This document shows, piece after piece, positions 8,101 through 18,585 of a stretch of 64,000 bases of DNA. The DNA is from Candidatus Hydrogenedentota bacterium (lineage in GTDB: Bacteria > Hydrogenedentota > Hydrogenedentia > Hydrogenedentales > JAEUWI01), in assembly GCA_034669905.1 (NCBI GenBank), contig JAXMOL010000014.1, positions 64,001 through 128,000 on the forward strand, given 5' to 3'. A model generated the notes under the pieces. That model was not told where the DNA came from. It saw only the letters and a program-made list of their open reading frames with translations, and made no database searches. The position numbers and the translations under genes were made by a program. How positions within the stretch are numbered: the stretch's first letter is position 1; every line of letters begins with the position of its first letter.

Positions 8101-9636
8101 ATGTTAGCGCGGGTACAATCAGCGGCTGTCCTCGGCATCGACGCCTTCACCGTCGCCATCGAGGTGGACAACTCCGCCGGGGGCATGAACAAGATCACCA
8201 TGGTCGGCCTGCCCGACGCCGCCGTCAAGGAAAGCGAAGACCGGGTCCGCTCGGCCCTCCGCAATTCCGGCTTCCGCTACCCCCGGGGCTACAACGTCAT
8301 CAACCTCGCGCCCGCCGACATCCGCAAGGAAGGCAGCGCCCTCGACCTCCCCATCGCCCTCGGCCTACTCGCAGCCACGGCCCAACTGGAAGGCGCGGCG
8401 TTCAACAACTACGCCTTCGTCGGCGAACTCGCCCTCGACGGTTCCCTGCGCCCCGTGGCGGGCGCCCTGGCCATGGCCATCAACGCCCGCAATCAGGGCC
8501 TCCAGGGCATCGTACTCCCTGCCATGAACGCCGATGAAGCGGGCGTGGTCCAGGGCTGCGATGTCATCCCGGTGCAGTCGCTGGAACAGGCCGCCGCCTT
8601 CGTGGCGGGCGACGAAGTCATCCCGCCCCACCGCACCGAAGTCGACGAGCTCTTCCAAACGGCCCACCTGCGTGTGCCCGATTTTGACGAGGTAAAAGGA
8701 CAGGGCCACGTGAAGCGCGCCCTCATGGTGGCCGCCGCGGGCGCCCATAATATACTTATGGTCGGCCCTCCTGGTACGGGCAAGACCATGTTGGCCTCCC
8801 GCCTGCCCGGCATCTTGCCGCCCATGTCCTTCGATGAATCGTTGGAAACCACCCGCATCTATTCCGTGTGCCCCGTGGAACAGCGCAAGGATTCCCTCAT
8901 TGTCACCCGGCCCTTTCGCAGTCCCCACCACACCTCCACCACCGTCTCCATCGCAGGCGGTGGACAGCAGGCCCATCCCGGAGAAGTAAGCCTCGCCCAC
9001 AATGGCATCCTCTTCCTGGATGAATTGCCCGAGTTTAACCGCGCAGCCCTGGAAGTACTCCGTCAACCCCTCGAAGATGGCCAGGTCCACATCCGCCGGG
9101 CCAACTATTCCGTGACCTACCCCAGCCGCTTCATGTTGGTGGTCGCCATGAACCCCTGCCCCTGCGGTTGCCGCACCGACCCCCGACGGGATTGTCGTTG
9201 CAGCACGGGCGATGTGCAGCGCTACATGGGCCGACTCTCGGGGCCCCTCCTGGACCGCATTGACATCCATGTGGATGTACCCGCCCTGAGCTTCGATGAG
9301 TTGACCGACACCCGCAGCAGTGGCCCCTCCACCCAGGAGGTGCGCGACCAGGTCCTCGCCGCGCGGGAGCGTCAGCATGCCCGGGCCAACGGCTCCGGCG
9401 CACGCTACAACGCCCACCTGGACACCAAGACCCTCCGTCGCTACTGCGTGCTCAACGACGCCAGCAAATCGCTGTTGGAAACGGCCCTCAACACCCTCGG
9501 ACTCAGCGCCCGGGCCTACGACAAAATCCTCCGCATCGCCCGCACCCTCGCCGACCTGGAAGACCAACCCGACATCAGCGAACAACACGTGGCCGAGGCC
9601 GTTCAATACCGGAGCCTCGACAAAACGGTGATGTAG
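8101..9636 (+). CDS. comM: YifB/ComM family Mg-chelatase-like AAA+ ATPase
   Basis: VGLPDAAVKESEDRV, NLAPADIRKEGS, GPPGTGKT, PFRSPHHT, GEVSLAHNGILFLDELPEF, AMNPCPCG. Confidence 0.92.
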   Translation: MLARVQSAAVLGIDAFTVAIEVDNSAGGMNKITMVGLPDAAVKESEDRVRSALRNSGFRYPRGYNVINLAPADIRKEGSALDLPIALGLLAATAQLEGAAFNNYAFVGELALDGSLRPVAGALAMAINARNQGLQGIVLPAMNADEAGVVQGCDVIPVQSLEQAAAFVAGDEVIPPHRTEVDELFQTAHLRVPDFDEVKGQGHVKRALMVAAAGAHNILMVGPPGTGKTMLASRLPGILPPMSFDESLETTRIYSVCPVEQRKDSLIVTRPFRSPHHTSTTVSIAGGGQQAHPGEVSLAHNGILFLDELPEFNRAALEVLRQPLEDGQVHIRRANYSVTYPSRFMLVVAMNPCPCGCRTDPRRDCRCSTGDVQRYMGRLSGPLLDRIDIHVDVPALSFDELTDTRSSGPSTQEVRDQVLAARERQHARANGSGARYNAHLDTKTLRRYCVLNDASKSLLETALNTLGLSARAYDKILRIARTLADLEDQPDISEQHVAEAVQYRSLDKTVM

Positions 9637-9712
9637 CCATAAGCGGGCGCCGCAGGCGGGTCCACGACGCGCCGCAGGCGGGGACTGCACCGACGCGACA
9701 AATGAAGCCCAT

Positions 9713-9898
9713 GGGTGCCACCCTCAAGCGGGGCGGCTCCGCCGCAGCGCTTGTGGGTGATAGGACTGCACGGGAACAGCATCCCCCGATAGCAACAAGA
9801 GAAAAGCCGCATACACCTGGTTCCCACGGGTGACGTTACTGAATACAACCCACCCACAAGCTTCCCCCGCTGCGCTCCTCTGCTTGAGGGTGGCACCC
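9713..9898. repeat. Inverted-repeat doublet family D (GGGTGCCACCCTCAAGC ... GCTTGAGGGTGGCACCC)
   Basis: Perfect 17-bp terminal inverted repeats plus inner GCTTGTGGGTG/CACCCACAAGC arms, between convergent genes. Confidence 0.8.
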
Positions 9899-9913
9899 GA
9901 AGCCCCCCGCTTC

Positions 9914-10675
9914 CTACATCACCGCGCCACCGTCTACGGTCAGAATCGCGCCCGTCGTAAAACTCGCGGCATCCGACATCAAATAAACCGCCGCCCCCAC
10001 CATTTCCTCCGGCTGAGCATGGCGGGCCAAAGGCGTCTTCCCGACCTGCTCATCGCGTATCTCGGGCGTGTCAATCAGCACCTTGGCGAACTTGGTCTCC
10101 GTCAACCCCGGGCAGATGCAGTTGCACCGGATATTCGCCCCCCCCATTTCCTTGGCCACCGTCTTGGTCAGCATGATGACCGCCGCTTTCGTCATAGAAT
10201 AAATAGCCATCATGGGCGACGGGCTGATGCCTTCGATAGACGCTATATTCAGAATCGACCCACCGTTCTCATTCTTCACCATCATCCGCGCCGCCCGCTG
10301 GGACATCATGAAATAGCCCTTCACATTCACGTCGAAGGTCTTGTCAAAAGCCGACTCCGGTGCCTCCACAAAGGGCCCGAAATAGGGATTGGTCGCCGCG
10401 TTGTTGACCAGCCCGTCGAGCCGGCCATACTCCGCCTCAATGCGGGCGAAGAGGGCATCAATCTGTTCCCCATCGCCCGTGTGACACACCATGCCCACGG
10501 CCTTGCCCCCCTCCGCCACGATAGCCTTGGCGACGGCATCCACCCCCTCCTGCTTGCGCGAAGCCACGATCACGGTCGCGCCCCGGCGGGCAAACTCCCG
10601 CGCAAAGGCTTCGCCGATGCCACGACTCCCCCCATTCACCAATATCACTTTGTCGGTCAACTGAAAAGAAGTCAT
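9914..10675 (-). CDS. SDR family oxidoreductase (DHRS4-like)
   Basis: NGGSRGIG, NNAATNPYFGP, catalytic YSMTK, NCICPG, TVDGG. Confidence 0.9.
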   Translation of the reverse strand: MTSFQLTDKVILVNGGSRGIGEAFAREFARRGATVIVASRKQEGVDAVAKAIVAEGGKAVGMVCHTGDGEQIDALFARIEAEYGRLDGLVNNAATNPYFGPFVEAPESAFDKTFDVNVKGYFMMSQRAARMMVKNENGGSILNIASIEGISPSPMMAIYSMTKAAVIMLTKTVAKEMGGANIRCNCICPGLTETKFAKVLIDTPEIRDEQVGKTPLARHAQPEEMVGAAVYLMSDAASFTTGAILTVDGGAVM

Positions 10676-10724
10676 GGGCGCTCTCCTGGGTCCTGGCCAG
10701 TCCCTGGCCATGTGAAAGTCGTTC

Positions 10725-12074
10725 TTAGACGATGCCGTATTGGCGACGTAAGGTCAGACATTGGTCGGGCAAATCCCCCGCAAACTGCTTGTTAGACACG
10801 CCAAGCAGCCCAATGGTTGTGTGAATAAACTCCGCCGCCTCGGTATCCCCCTTCTCCAGGCGCTCCTTCAACTTCTGCAGGCACACCCGGTGAAAGGCCG
10901 CCGGGTCCGCCCAACGCTGGATATCCGGCGCTACCCCAAAGCCATTCTCCACCATAAAGTCGATAAAGCGGTTCAAGGTCGGCTCATAGTCCGGCTTAAA
11001 CTCGAGGGACTGTCCGTAGCTGCGAATCGCACCCACCACATCCTGCTCCGCCTCTGCCAGCAGGCCGAGGTGATAGGCGCTCGCGTAGCTCCCCGTACCC
11101 GCCACATCTTCCCGGATGGCACCACACTTCATCGACTCCGTGTACCCGGCGCGGGCCCGTTCCACGTCCCCCAACATCAGGGCAATATAGCCACAGACGT
11201 GATAGAAGTCTGCCCACTGCGTGCCCGGATGCCCCAGTTCAATATGGGTGCCCAACAGGGCTTCCGCATCGGCCAGGCGATTGGTGTTGGCATAGGCGTA
11301 GGCCAGGCTCACGATGGCCGTGGTCAAGACCTCCCGCGAAACCGTACCCGCAGCTCCCGTGGGTGCGGCACCCGGTGCGAAGTGAATGAGGGACAGAGCC
11401 CGTTCCAGCGCGGGCACCGCCTTCTCATAGTCCATCAAGGTGTAGTGGGCCCGCCCCAATTGATACTGATAGTACTCATTCTCCGGGTGTTCCGCCACGG
11501 CTTTTTCCAACAGGGGTATATTCCGCCGCGCCTTGTGATGGGGATCGGCCACCGACTGATCATAGCCGGAGTGGTCCACCACAACCCCCGTTGCCGCCAC
11601 GTGCTCGCGCACCCCGGTGGAAACGAGCTGTTCGTGAATGGCCCCACGAAATTCAAAGCCGGACCGGGGGAAGAAACGTTTGACGTGGCCACGCACCACA
11701 CTGCGCTCTGCACCATGGGTCGTGGGGCTGACGTGCTCAATGGTCCCCACGGTGCCCTGGGGTTGAAACTGGATAAAATCGAGCAAGAGCCGCCGTGCGC
11801 CTGCTGGATCACGGACGACTTCATCGGCATCCACCGATAAGACCCAATCGCCTGTCGCCTGTGCCAGGGCCTCGTTTCGCGCCCGGGCAAAGTCGCCGTG
11901 CCACGCAATGGCATGGACGTGCTCGGTCCACTCCCGGGCCCGGGCCACCGTGTCATCCTCGGACCCCGTGTCGGCCACGACGATTTCATCGGCAACGGCG
12001 CGAAGGGCCTCCAGGCACGCGGCAATTCGCGTTGCTTCATCTTTGACGATCAATACTGCACTGATGGTGGGCAT
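10725..12074 (-). CDS. Glycosyltransferase family 2 with C-terminal TPR repeats
   Basis: LIVKDE, VADTGSED, DFARARN, WVLSVDADE, GAIHEQ, HSGY, followed by TPR-like helices. Confidence 0.85.
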   Translation of the reverse strand: MPTISAVLIVKDEATRIAACLEALRAVADEIVVADTGSEDDTVARAREWTEHVHAIAWHGDFARARNEALAQATGDWVLSVDADEVVRDPAGARRLLLDFIQFQPQGTVGTIEHVSPTTHGAERSVVRGHVKRFFPRSGFEFRGAIHEQLVSTGVREHVAATGVVVDHSGYDQSVADPHHKARRNIPLLEKAVAEHPENEYYQYQLGRAHYTLMDYEKAVPALERALSLIHFAPGAAPTGAAGTVSREVLTTAIVSLAYAYANTNRLADAEALLGTHIELGHPGTQWADFYHVCGYIALMLGDVERARAGYTESMKCGAIREDVAGTGSYASAYHLGLLAEAEQDVVGAIRSYGQSLEFKPDYEPTLNRFIDFMVENGFGVAPDIQRWADPAAFHRVCLQKLKERLEKGDTEAAEFIHTTIGLLGVSNKQFAGDLPDQCLTLRRQYGIV

Positions 12075-12184
12075 GATATTCGGAATTCCCTGGCGACAGA
12101 CGCCCTGCGTTGGTCGAATCGCATAGTAGAGAGTGCTTACGGCCCAGATCAAACGGACCCGACCACCCCGTAGCGCGTCCACGT

Positions 12185-12208
12185 AAAAGCCCCCGGCCTG
12201 GGGCCGGG
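12185..12208 (-). terminator. Rho-independent terminator after the nitrilase-family gene
   Basis: GCCCCCGGCC/GGCCGGGGGC stem preceded by AAAA on + (U-tract on the minus strand). Confidence 0.65.
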
Positions 12209-12240
12209 GGCCACTTCATTCCCCTGTTAGGTTCAGGGGA

Positions 12241-12969
12241 TTACAACATATCGGTATCCAGATCGAAGGTATAGGTGCCTTCGCCCTGGAGGTCACAGCG
12301 GGCAAGCCATTCGCCTTCGGGCGACACCACCCCGCTGGGGGCATTAATCGGTCCATTGTTACTCGCGGCATTCGCCGTGATGATAAAGCAGCCACTCTCC
12401 TTGGCGCGCACCTTCAGGTTCGCTTCGTGGTAATCCGCATAAAAGGGATCACAGCCCGAGTTGATACTGTGAAAGATAAGTTGCGCCCCTTTCTGACCCA
12501 ACTGATAACTCAGCCGCCGATCCGGATAGGGACCCGCGCCGGGGGTTACCCAGAGGTCATTGCAAATGAGGCATCCAAAGTCCACATCACCGTGCTTGAA
12601 GGTCCGAAGCTCATCGCCCGGACGACACCATTCCCGATCCCGTTCCGTGGGAATCAGTTTTTCCTGGGTTCCCAGCAAAGAACCTTCGTCCGAAAAAACA
12701 CGGGATTGAATGTAGGTGTGGCCATCAATGCGGGCACCGGTTCCGACGATGGCGGTGACATACGATTGACGGCATGCCGTGGCGATCTGATTCCAGGCTT
12801 CTTCGGTGCGGGAATCACTGAATTCATTGTTGTAGCCGGTCAGGCTCATTTCAGGGAAGAGGATAAAATCACAATCGCTGTGTTTGATGTGATCGAGAAT
12901 CTTCGGCAGATTGTCCTTCTTACTTGCTTCGACGCCCATTTGTACGCCAGTGACTCGAATAGTTGCCAT
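12241..12969 (-). CDS. Carbon-nitrogen hydrolase (nitrilase) family protein
   Basis: E-K-C triad motifs: LFPEMSLTGY, QEKL, GCLICNDLW. Confidence 0.88.
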   Translation of the reverse strand: MATIRVTGVQMGVEASKKDNLPKILDHIKHSDCDFILFPEMSLTGYNNEFSDSRTEEAWNQIATACRQSYVTAIVGTGARIDGHTYIQSRVFSDEGSLLGTQEKLIPTERDREWCRPGDELRTFKHGDVDFGCLICNDLWVTPGAGPYPDRRLSYQLGQKGAQLIFHSINSGCDPFYADYHEANLKVRAKESGCFIITANAASNNGPINAPSGVVSPEGEWLARCDLQGEGTYTFDLDTDML

Positions 12970-13112
12970 AAGCCCATCCTCCTGTTACTGCATACGAAAG
13001 CCGACGACGGGCCACCGGGCCGGGCACCGACTCCCTGCAGATGGTTACAAACATGATCGTAACATACATTCACGACGGCGGTCATCCGATAGCCACCGTG
13101 AAAGACTCTTAT

Positions 13113-14366
13113 TCATCCTCCAAATTTCTGCCAGACCGACACCACGCCGACGGCCGCAAAAAAGACCAGAATAACAACCAACGCGCCATTACTGCGCCAT
13201 CGGTTTCGATAGGCCCCAGGCAGGGCCGCATGGTTGTTCAGATAGAGCAAGGCCAGCGCCAGCAAGGGCATGAACACGGCCCCGATAAGACTGTAATACT
13301 TTGCCAGCGCCTTGAAATCCATGCCCAACACCGCCATGGGAACCACGGTAAGTGCTATCAGGTAGCCCTTATAGGCCCACGTCTCGGTCAAGCCCGTGAC
13401 GTGTTCCCCATTGGCACATGCCGACCGGCTCCGGTAGTAGAAGTCTGCGAACAAATAGGGAACACTCTGCCACACCCCGAGGAGACTACTGAAGAACGCT
13501 CCCCACGCTCCCGCAAGAAAAATCCAGGCGCCCACCGGACCCAGGGCACCCCGCAGGGTTTCGGTCAGCTGGACAATCAGTCCCGCACCACTTCCGTCGC
13601 GGGTCAGGGCCTGGCTACCGATGGCCACCATGGCCATACCGAAAAGTGCCGTGAGCCCGTAGGCAATCCCCAGATCGATTCGCATGATGCGGGTGGCGTC
13701 CGCGCCCCGGGGACCCGATTCTTCCATCCAGTAGCCGTAGCATACAATTGTCAGGGTACCGCCCACGCCCCCCATGAGGGCCATGGTCCATAACAGGGAA
13801 TCCCGCCCCCACTGGGGCACCGTGGGAATAAGGAGCCCCCGCAACGCCGCCCCACCATCAATGCCCAGACGAAAGGCGGTGATAATCACTGTCACAAACA
13901 TGATGCCGATGCACACCGCCATCACTTGCTTAAAGAGCTGAAAGCCACCACGCCAGACCAGCATGAAGCCCACGAGACTATGCACGCAGCCCCACCAGAT
14001 TTTGCCCTGTATCGGATTCTCCACAATGGGAAAAATCGCCTGGGCGGCCACCCCACAGGCCGACATGAGCGCCGACCCGACATAGACGCTCCAATAGAGG
14101 AGGAAGAAGAGGAAGAACACCTGAAAGGGCCGCCCCAGGTATTGAATACAGCCCTGTATCAGGGTCTGATGGGTGCCCAATTGCCACCGGGCAAGCCCCT
14201 CGGTGAGCACATATTTCAGCCCCGCCCCCACGACGACGGCCCACAGCACCGCTACACCGAGTTGCCCCCCGGTAAAGCTGGCCGTGGCCAGATCCCCGGC
14301 CCCAACGCCCGTCGCGGCGACGAGTATTCCAGGACCCCAGATAGCAAGCCAATTGTGTCGCGTCAT
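13113..14366 (-). CDS. NRAMP-superfamily transporter
   Basis: GPGILVAATGVGAGDL, LKYVLTEGLARW and many TM helices; lacks the canonical DPGN motif of MntH. Confidence 0.78.
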   Translation of the reverse strand: MTRHNWLAIWGPGILVAATGVGAGDLATASFTGGQLGVAVLWAVVVGAGLKYVLTEGLARWQLGTHQTLIQGCIQYLGRPFQVFFLFFLLYWSVYVGSALMSACGVAAQAIFPIVENPIQGKIWWGCVHSLVGFMLVWRGGFQLFKQVMAVCIGIMFVTVIITAFRLGIDGGAALRGLLIPTVPQWGRDSLLWTMALMGGVGGTLTIVCYGYWMEESGPRGADATRIMRIDLGIAYGLTALFGMAMVAIGSQALTRDGSGAGLIVQLTETLRGALGPVGAWIFLAGAWGAFFSSLLGVWQSVPYLFADFYYRSRSACANGEHVTGLTETWAYKGYLIALTVVPMAVLGMDFKALAKYYSLIGAVFMPLLALALLYLNNHAALPGAYRNRWRSNGALVVILVFFAAVGVVSVWQKFGG

Positions 14367-14501
14367 ACCCCCATCATGCCACGGGCCGAATAGAAAACCC
14401 AAGGTCGTTGTAACTAAGGGCAAGGGAGGCATTTTTATGGCCAGTTGGGTAGAATGGGATCGACACGGTTGAATCACTTAGCAAGACAAGGGAAGCACCC
14501 C

Positions 14502-14816
14502 ATGAATGTCATCGTCGATCTTTGCATCATCCCCATGAATGCCGAAACCTCCCTCTCCCCCTACATCGCGGCGTGCCAGCGCATCCTCCAGGAAGCCGGA
14601 CTCTCCATTCGCCTCCACGCCTACGGCACCAATATCGAAGGCGAGTGGGATGCGGTCATGGCCGCCATCAAGGCCTGCCATGTCAAGGTCCATGCCATGG
14701 GCGCCCCCCGTATCAGCACCACCATCAAGCTGGGCACCCGCGTGGACAAGGCCCAATCGATGGATGACAAAGTTAACCATGTAGAAGCACTATTGACGGA
14801 CGATACCGTCGTTTGA
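14502..14816 (+). CDS. MTH1187/YqgV family thiamine-binding protein
   Basis: SLSPYIAAC, LHAYGTNIEGEWD, GAPRISTTIKLGTRVDK. Confidence 0.88.
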   Translation: MNVIVDLCIIPMNAETSLSPYIAACQRILQEAGLSIRLHAYGTNIEGEWDAVMAAIKACHVKVHAMGAPRISTTIKLGTRVDKAQSMDDKVNHVEALLTDDTVV

Positions 14817-14847
14817 CGGCATACGCCGCCCCAAAAGGAGATTGAAG

Positions 14848-15513
14848 ATGACCCAGGACATTGCCCCCCCACTCCCCAAATCCAGTTCCAACTCCAAAGG
14901 CTGTCTCATCGGCTGCGCCATCGTGGCCCTCATCGGCATCGCCGGTACCGCCATCATCGGGTACAGCGTCTACAAGATGGGTGTCGGTGCCCTCGACGCC
15001 GTGACGGAAGCCGAACCCCGGCCCATCCCCGAAGTCGTCATGACCGAGGAGGAATCCACAGCAGCCACGGAAAAATTTGAGACCTTCACCGCGGCCCTGG
15101 AATCCGGTACGAGCGAGGAAAAAGTCTTCTCCTTCACCGGACAGGAAATCAACACCATGCTCCGTTCCGACCCCGACATTCGCGCACTCGGGGAGTCCGT
15201 CTTTGTCACCGTCGAAGAGGGTGAAATAAAGGGTGAGATCAGCCTGAACCTCGGCAACATTATTCCCTTCCTGGAGGGACGCTACGCCAATGGGGCCGCC
15301 ACCTTCTCCATATCGGCCAGTGATGGACGCATGTACGTCTACGTGGAAGAGTTCCGAATGAAGGGGGAAAACGCCTCTTCGGAATTGCAGGGTCAATTGC
15401 GCCAACAGAATCTCGCCGAAGAGATCAACACCGACCCCGAGTTTCAAAAGGCAATGGCCCATATCTCCACCATTGAGGTGGTGGAAGACAAAGTGGTCGT
15501 CACCCTCAAGTAA
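14848..15513 (+). CDS. Hypothetical membrane-anchored protein
   Basis: AGGAG RBS; KGCLIGC followed by one TM helix and an acidic soluble domain. Confidence 0.75.
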   Translation: MTQDIAPPLPKSSSNSKGCLIGCAIVALIGIAGTAIIGYSVYKMGVGALDAVTEAEPRPIPEVVMTEEESTAATEKFETFTAALESGTSEEKVFSFTGQEINTMLRSDPDIRALGESVFVTVEEGEIKGEISLNLGNIIPFLEGRYANGAATFSISASDGRMYVYVEEFRMKGENASSELQGQLRQQNLAEEINTDPEFQKAMAHISTIEVVEDKVVVTLK

Positions 15514-15530
15514 GAAACCCCCAATGCAAA

Positions 15531-15566
15531 GACGCCCCGCCCGTATCTGGTACGGGCGGGGCGTTA
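15531..15566. terminator. Strong hairpin between convergent genes, probably a terminator
   Basis: ACGCCCCGCCCGTA-TCTGG-TACGGGCGGGGCGT perfect 14-bp stem. Confidence 0.65.
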
Positions 15567-15777
15567 TCTATTCTGAGGGATTTCGGTCGCCCGTAACGGC
15601 CCACGAAAAGGGAACGGCAAGGGTGCCACCTTCACAGACGGGAGCGAAGCGAGCGGCTTTGTGGGTGCATTGACACCGCACACCCAAGCACCTATCAAAA
15701 ACTCAACCATGACTTTCGTGGCACGCAACCAGGGATTCAATAGGATTTTACGTCGTACGAGAAAGTAGATACGCGCC

Positions 15778-16767
15778 TCAGGGCAGGGTGCAAACTTCCG
15801 CAATCGCCGCGAGCGCTGCCTCGTGAAACGTGCCATTGGACGCCAACACACCCGTGTTCTTCAGCAGCTTGCGCCCCTGACCAAAGTCCAATGCCTTCCC
15901 CCGAAGGTCCGTTATCCGCCCCCCGGCTTCTTCCAGAATAATGGCGCCCGCCGCCTGGTCCCAGATACATTCCTTATAATCTTCCCGCCCGGGATTCAGG
16001 AGTCGAAAAAGCAGATCGCCTCCCCCCACCGCCAAGACACTGTATTTCGCCTGGCTGTCCATCCGTACCGGTTCCGCTGTCACACCCAGGGCGGCGTTCA
16101 ACGCGTCAATCTGGCTCGCATTCGTGTGGCTGTCTTCCACCGATCGCATCACCCGCGCGTCCGCAATGTTGCTGCGCGACGAGACATGCACCTGCTGAAA
16201 ATCACTACCGGCCACGGAGAGCCAGGAGCCCTGACCACGCTGAGCAAGGAGAGTCACCCCTTTCCCCATGTCGGGCGCGCACCCTTCCCCCAGATTGGGA
16301 CAACCCAACGCGCCCAGCTCCACCTGACCATTCTTAATCAGGGCGAAAGCCACCGCATATTGCCCGCCCCGCAAATAACCCTTCGTTCCGTCGATGGGGT
16401 CCAGCGTCCAGAAGCAGTCATTCGGCTCCGCGGTCCCATAATCTATCCAATCGCAGACCGACGCTTCCGTGGCCTCAACATCAAACTTTGCCACGAACTC
16501 CGCCACCAGCTTCCGCACTTCCGCGCCTTCGTCGGTCCGCAACTCATCGGCCGACTCTTCACCCACCAGCGCAACGCCGGGCGTGACCCGCTGCATGGCC
16601 CGGGCGGCCAGCGCCTGCGAGGCGAAATCAGCCACGGTAACGGGTGACAAGTCGTCCTTCGTCAGATTTCGGTCTGCCATGGCCGTGCGCACCTGCTGGG
16701 CCACATCCGCCCCTTGTCCCACGACCTGGAGGGCCAATTTCACTTCGGGCTGGGTCAAATCGATCAT
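15778..16767 (-). CDS. 3'(2'),5'-bisphosphate nucleotidase, HAL2/SAL1 type (inositol monophosphatase superfamily)
   Basis: SPVTVADFASQA, GEESA, WTLDPIDGTKGYLRGGQYAV, RMDSQAKY, IWDQAAG. Confidence 0.88.
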   Translation of the reverse strand: MIDLTQPEVKLALQVVGQGADVAQQVRTAMADRNLTKDDLSPVTVADFASQALAARAMQRVTPGVALVGEESADELRTDEGAEVRKLVAEFVAKFDVEATEASVCDWIDYGTAEPNDCFWTLDPIDGTKGYLRGGQYAVAFALIKNGQVELGALGCPNLGEGCAPDMGKGVTLLAQRGQGSWLSVAGSDFQQVHVSSRSNIADARVMRSVEDSHTNASQIDALNAALGVTAEPVRMDSQAKYSVLAVGGGDLLFRLLNPGREDYKECIWDQAAGAIILEEAGGRITDLRGKALDFGQGRKLLKNTGVLASNGTFHEAALAAIAEVCTLP

Positions 16768-17057
16768 GTATTCAAGGTCCTTTGCTGATTCAGGGTGTTT
16801 TGTATCGGCTCGCGTGGCGGAAGTGGACCGAAGCAATGAGCCCAGTCCACCCCGTAATTCCACAGGCGACACGGAGTATTACTGGTGAATTCCCCCCACA
16901 TTCCGTTATTGTACCTGAGTCCAGGGGTCGGGTCCCACACTTCGAATAAGGGAAAAAAGTCGTTTGGGCAATTTGGGATGGACAACAGACCGGGTTCGGG
17001 GTATAAAATAAAGCCCCATTGTCACATGCGGACCATATCGCAAACAGGAGAGAGTCA

Positions 17058-17729
17058 TTGGACATCGCATCGAAGCAAGACGCGTCGGAGAGTCTTTTTA
17101 ACCCTGGAAACCGCTTTCTCCTCATTCTGATGGGGCAACGCTATCTGGTGTCCATTCAGGCGGCCGATGACGATAGCCTTTCGGTCAGTTTCCCAATCCG
17201 CGATTTTCCCGTGGAAGGGATGCACGTGGACATGGAGTTCCACGACACCGAAGGCTATACCCGCTTTGAGTCGGAAGTCCTGAAAGCACCTGAAGCACTG
17301 GGCGACAGCCTCGTACTCCGACGTCCGCCGGAAGTCATCCGAAATTACCACCGGGGCTCCTGGCGTGTCCCTGTAGATTTCAAGGCGTCGGTGAAAGGCC
17401 ACGTCCATCCCCGTCGCCTGACCGTACCCGTCATCAACCTCAGCACCGGTGGCCTGCTCATCCTGTCAGACGGCCCCTTCGAAAATGGCGACATGCTGGA
17501 AGCGGTCTTGCCCCTGCCCGAATTGAAAGGGGATATTCTTACCTGCAAGGTAGTCCATCGCGCCGACGCCGGCCAGTCTCTGGGAGGCCTGGTTCAGATT
17601 GGTTGCACTTTCGTCAGCCCTGATCCCACCAACATCCAGATTGTTTCCAGCTACATCAAAGAGCGCCTTAATGAGCTCGGTCCGGACTACTCCCCCCTGG
17701 GCAGCCATCGCACCGCGAGTGACGTGTAG
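17058..17729 (+). CDS. PilZ domain protein (YcgR-like c-di-GMP receptor)
   Basis: RGSWR (RxxxR) and NLSTGG (D/NxSxxG) motifs; TTG start after an AGGAG RBS. Confidence 0.8.
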   Translation: MDIASKQDASESLFNPGNRFLLILMGQRYLVSIQAADDDSLSVSFPIRDFPVEGMHVDMEFHDTEGYTRFESEVLKAPEALGDSLVLRRPPEVIRNYHRGSWRVPVDFKASVKGHVHPRRLTVPVINLSTGGLLILSDGPFENGDMLEAVLPLPELKGDILTCKVVHRADAGQSLGGLVQIGCTFVSPDPTNIQIVSSYIKERLNELGPDYSPLGSHRTASDV

Positions 17730-17733
17730 CCCT

Positions 17734-18585
17734 ATGCTGCGGTACCTGGTCCTGACAAGCGCCATGCTCTTGCCCCTTTGGACAGCCGGGGCAGAAGTAC
17801 CTGAGAAAGAGACCCCGGTGGAGCCAAGCCTCGTCTCCTACAAACAGCTGGCCGATGACGAATCGCTGCAGCTCCATGTCTTTACCCCCGATGACCCCGC
17901 GCCCAAAGGCGGGCGCACCGCCATCGTGTTCTTCTTTGGTGGCGGATGGATTACCGGAAAACCGGAGCAATTCTATCCCCAGGCCCGTCATCTCGCGAAA
18001 CGGGGCCTTCTCGCCATTTCCGCCGAATACCGCGTGAGCAGTCGGCATCACAGCACCGTGCGCGATTCAGTGGCCGACGCCAAGTCCGCCATGCGCTATG
18101 TCCGCAGTCACGCCGACGTCTTTGGCATCAATCCCGATAAGATCATCGCGGCAGGCGGTTCCGCGGGTGGTCACCTGGCCGCCTGCACCGGCATCCTCAC
18201 CGAATATGACGACGAAAAAGACGATGCCACGGTCAGCCCCCAGCCCAATGCCATGATTCTCTTGAACCCCGTGGTGGATACCACCCCCCTCGGCTATCTG
18301 GGACGGCTCCTGCCCCCCAAAGGCGACAAGACCTTATCCCCCGTGCACCACGTGCGCCCCGGTCTGCCGCCCACCCTCATCTGCCACGGCACGGCCGACA
18401 TCGTCGTGGGCCATGAAAACGTGGAGCGCTTCCAGAAGGCCATGGAGGACGCCGGTAACCGCTGCGAGCTCCGGTCCTTCAAGGGCGCGGGCCACGGCTT
18501 CTTCAACCCCGGCCTCCTCTCCGACAAGGACTACCACGCCGTGGTCGCCGAGATGGATGCCTTCATCGATTCGCTGAACTGGTAA
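17734..18585 (+). CDS. Secreted alpha/beta hydrolase (esterase)
   Basis: FFGGGW oxyanion motif, GGSAGG nucleophile elbow, HGTAD, GAGHGFF; signal peptide. Confidence 0.88.
   Translation: MLRYLVLTSAMLLPLWTAGAEVPEKETPVEPSLVSYKQLADDESLQLHVFTPDDPAPKGGRTAIVFFFGGGWITGKPEQFYPQARHLAKRGLLAISAEYRVSSRHHSTVRDSVADAKSAMRYVRSHADVFGINPDKIIAAGGSAGGHLAACTGILTEYDDEKDDATVSPQPNAMILLNPVVDTTPLGYLGRLLPPKGDKTLSPVHHVRPGLPPTLICHGTADIVVGHENVERFQKAMEDAGNRCELRSFKGAGHGFFNPGLLSDKDYHAVVAEMDAFIDSLNW

Noticed and set aside
16880..17057. c-di-GMP riboswitch upstream of the PilZ gene
   Set aside because: No recognisable GEMM-type structure by eye, only a plausible promoter; an Rfam scan would be needed to exclude it fully.
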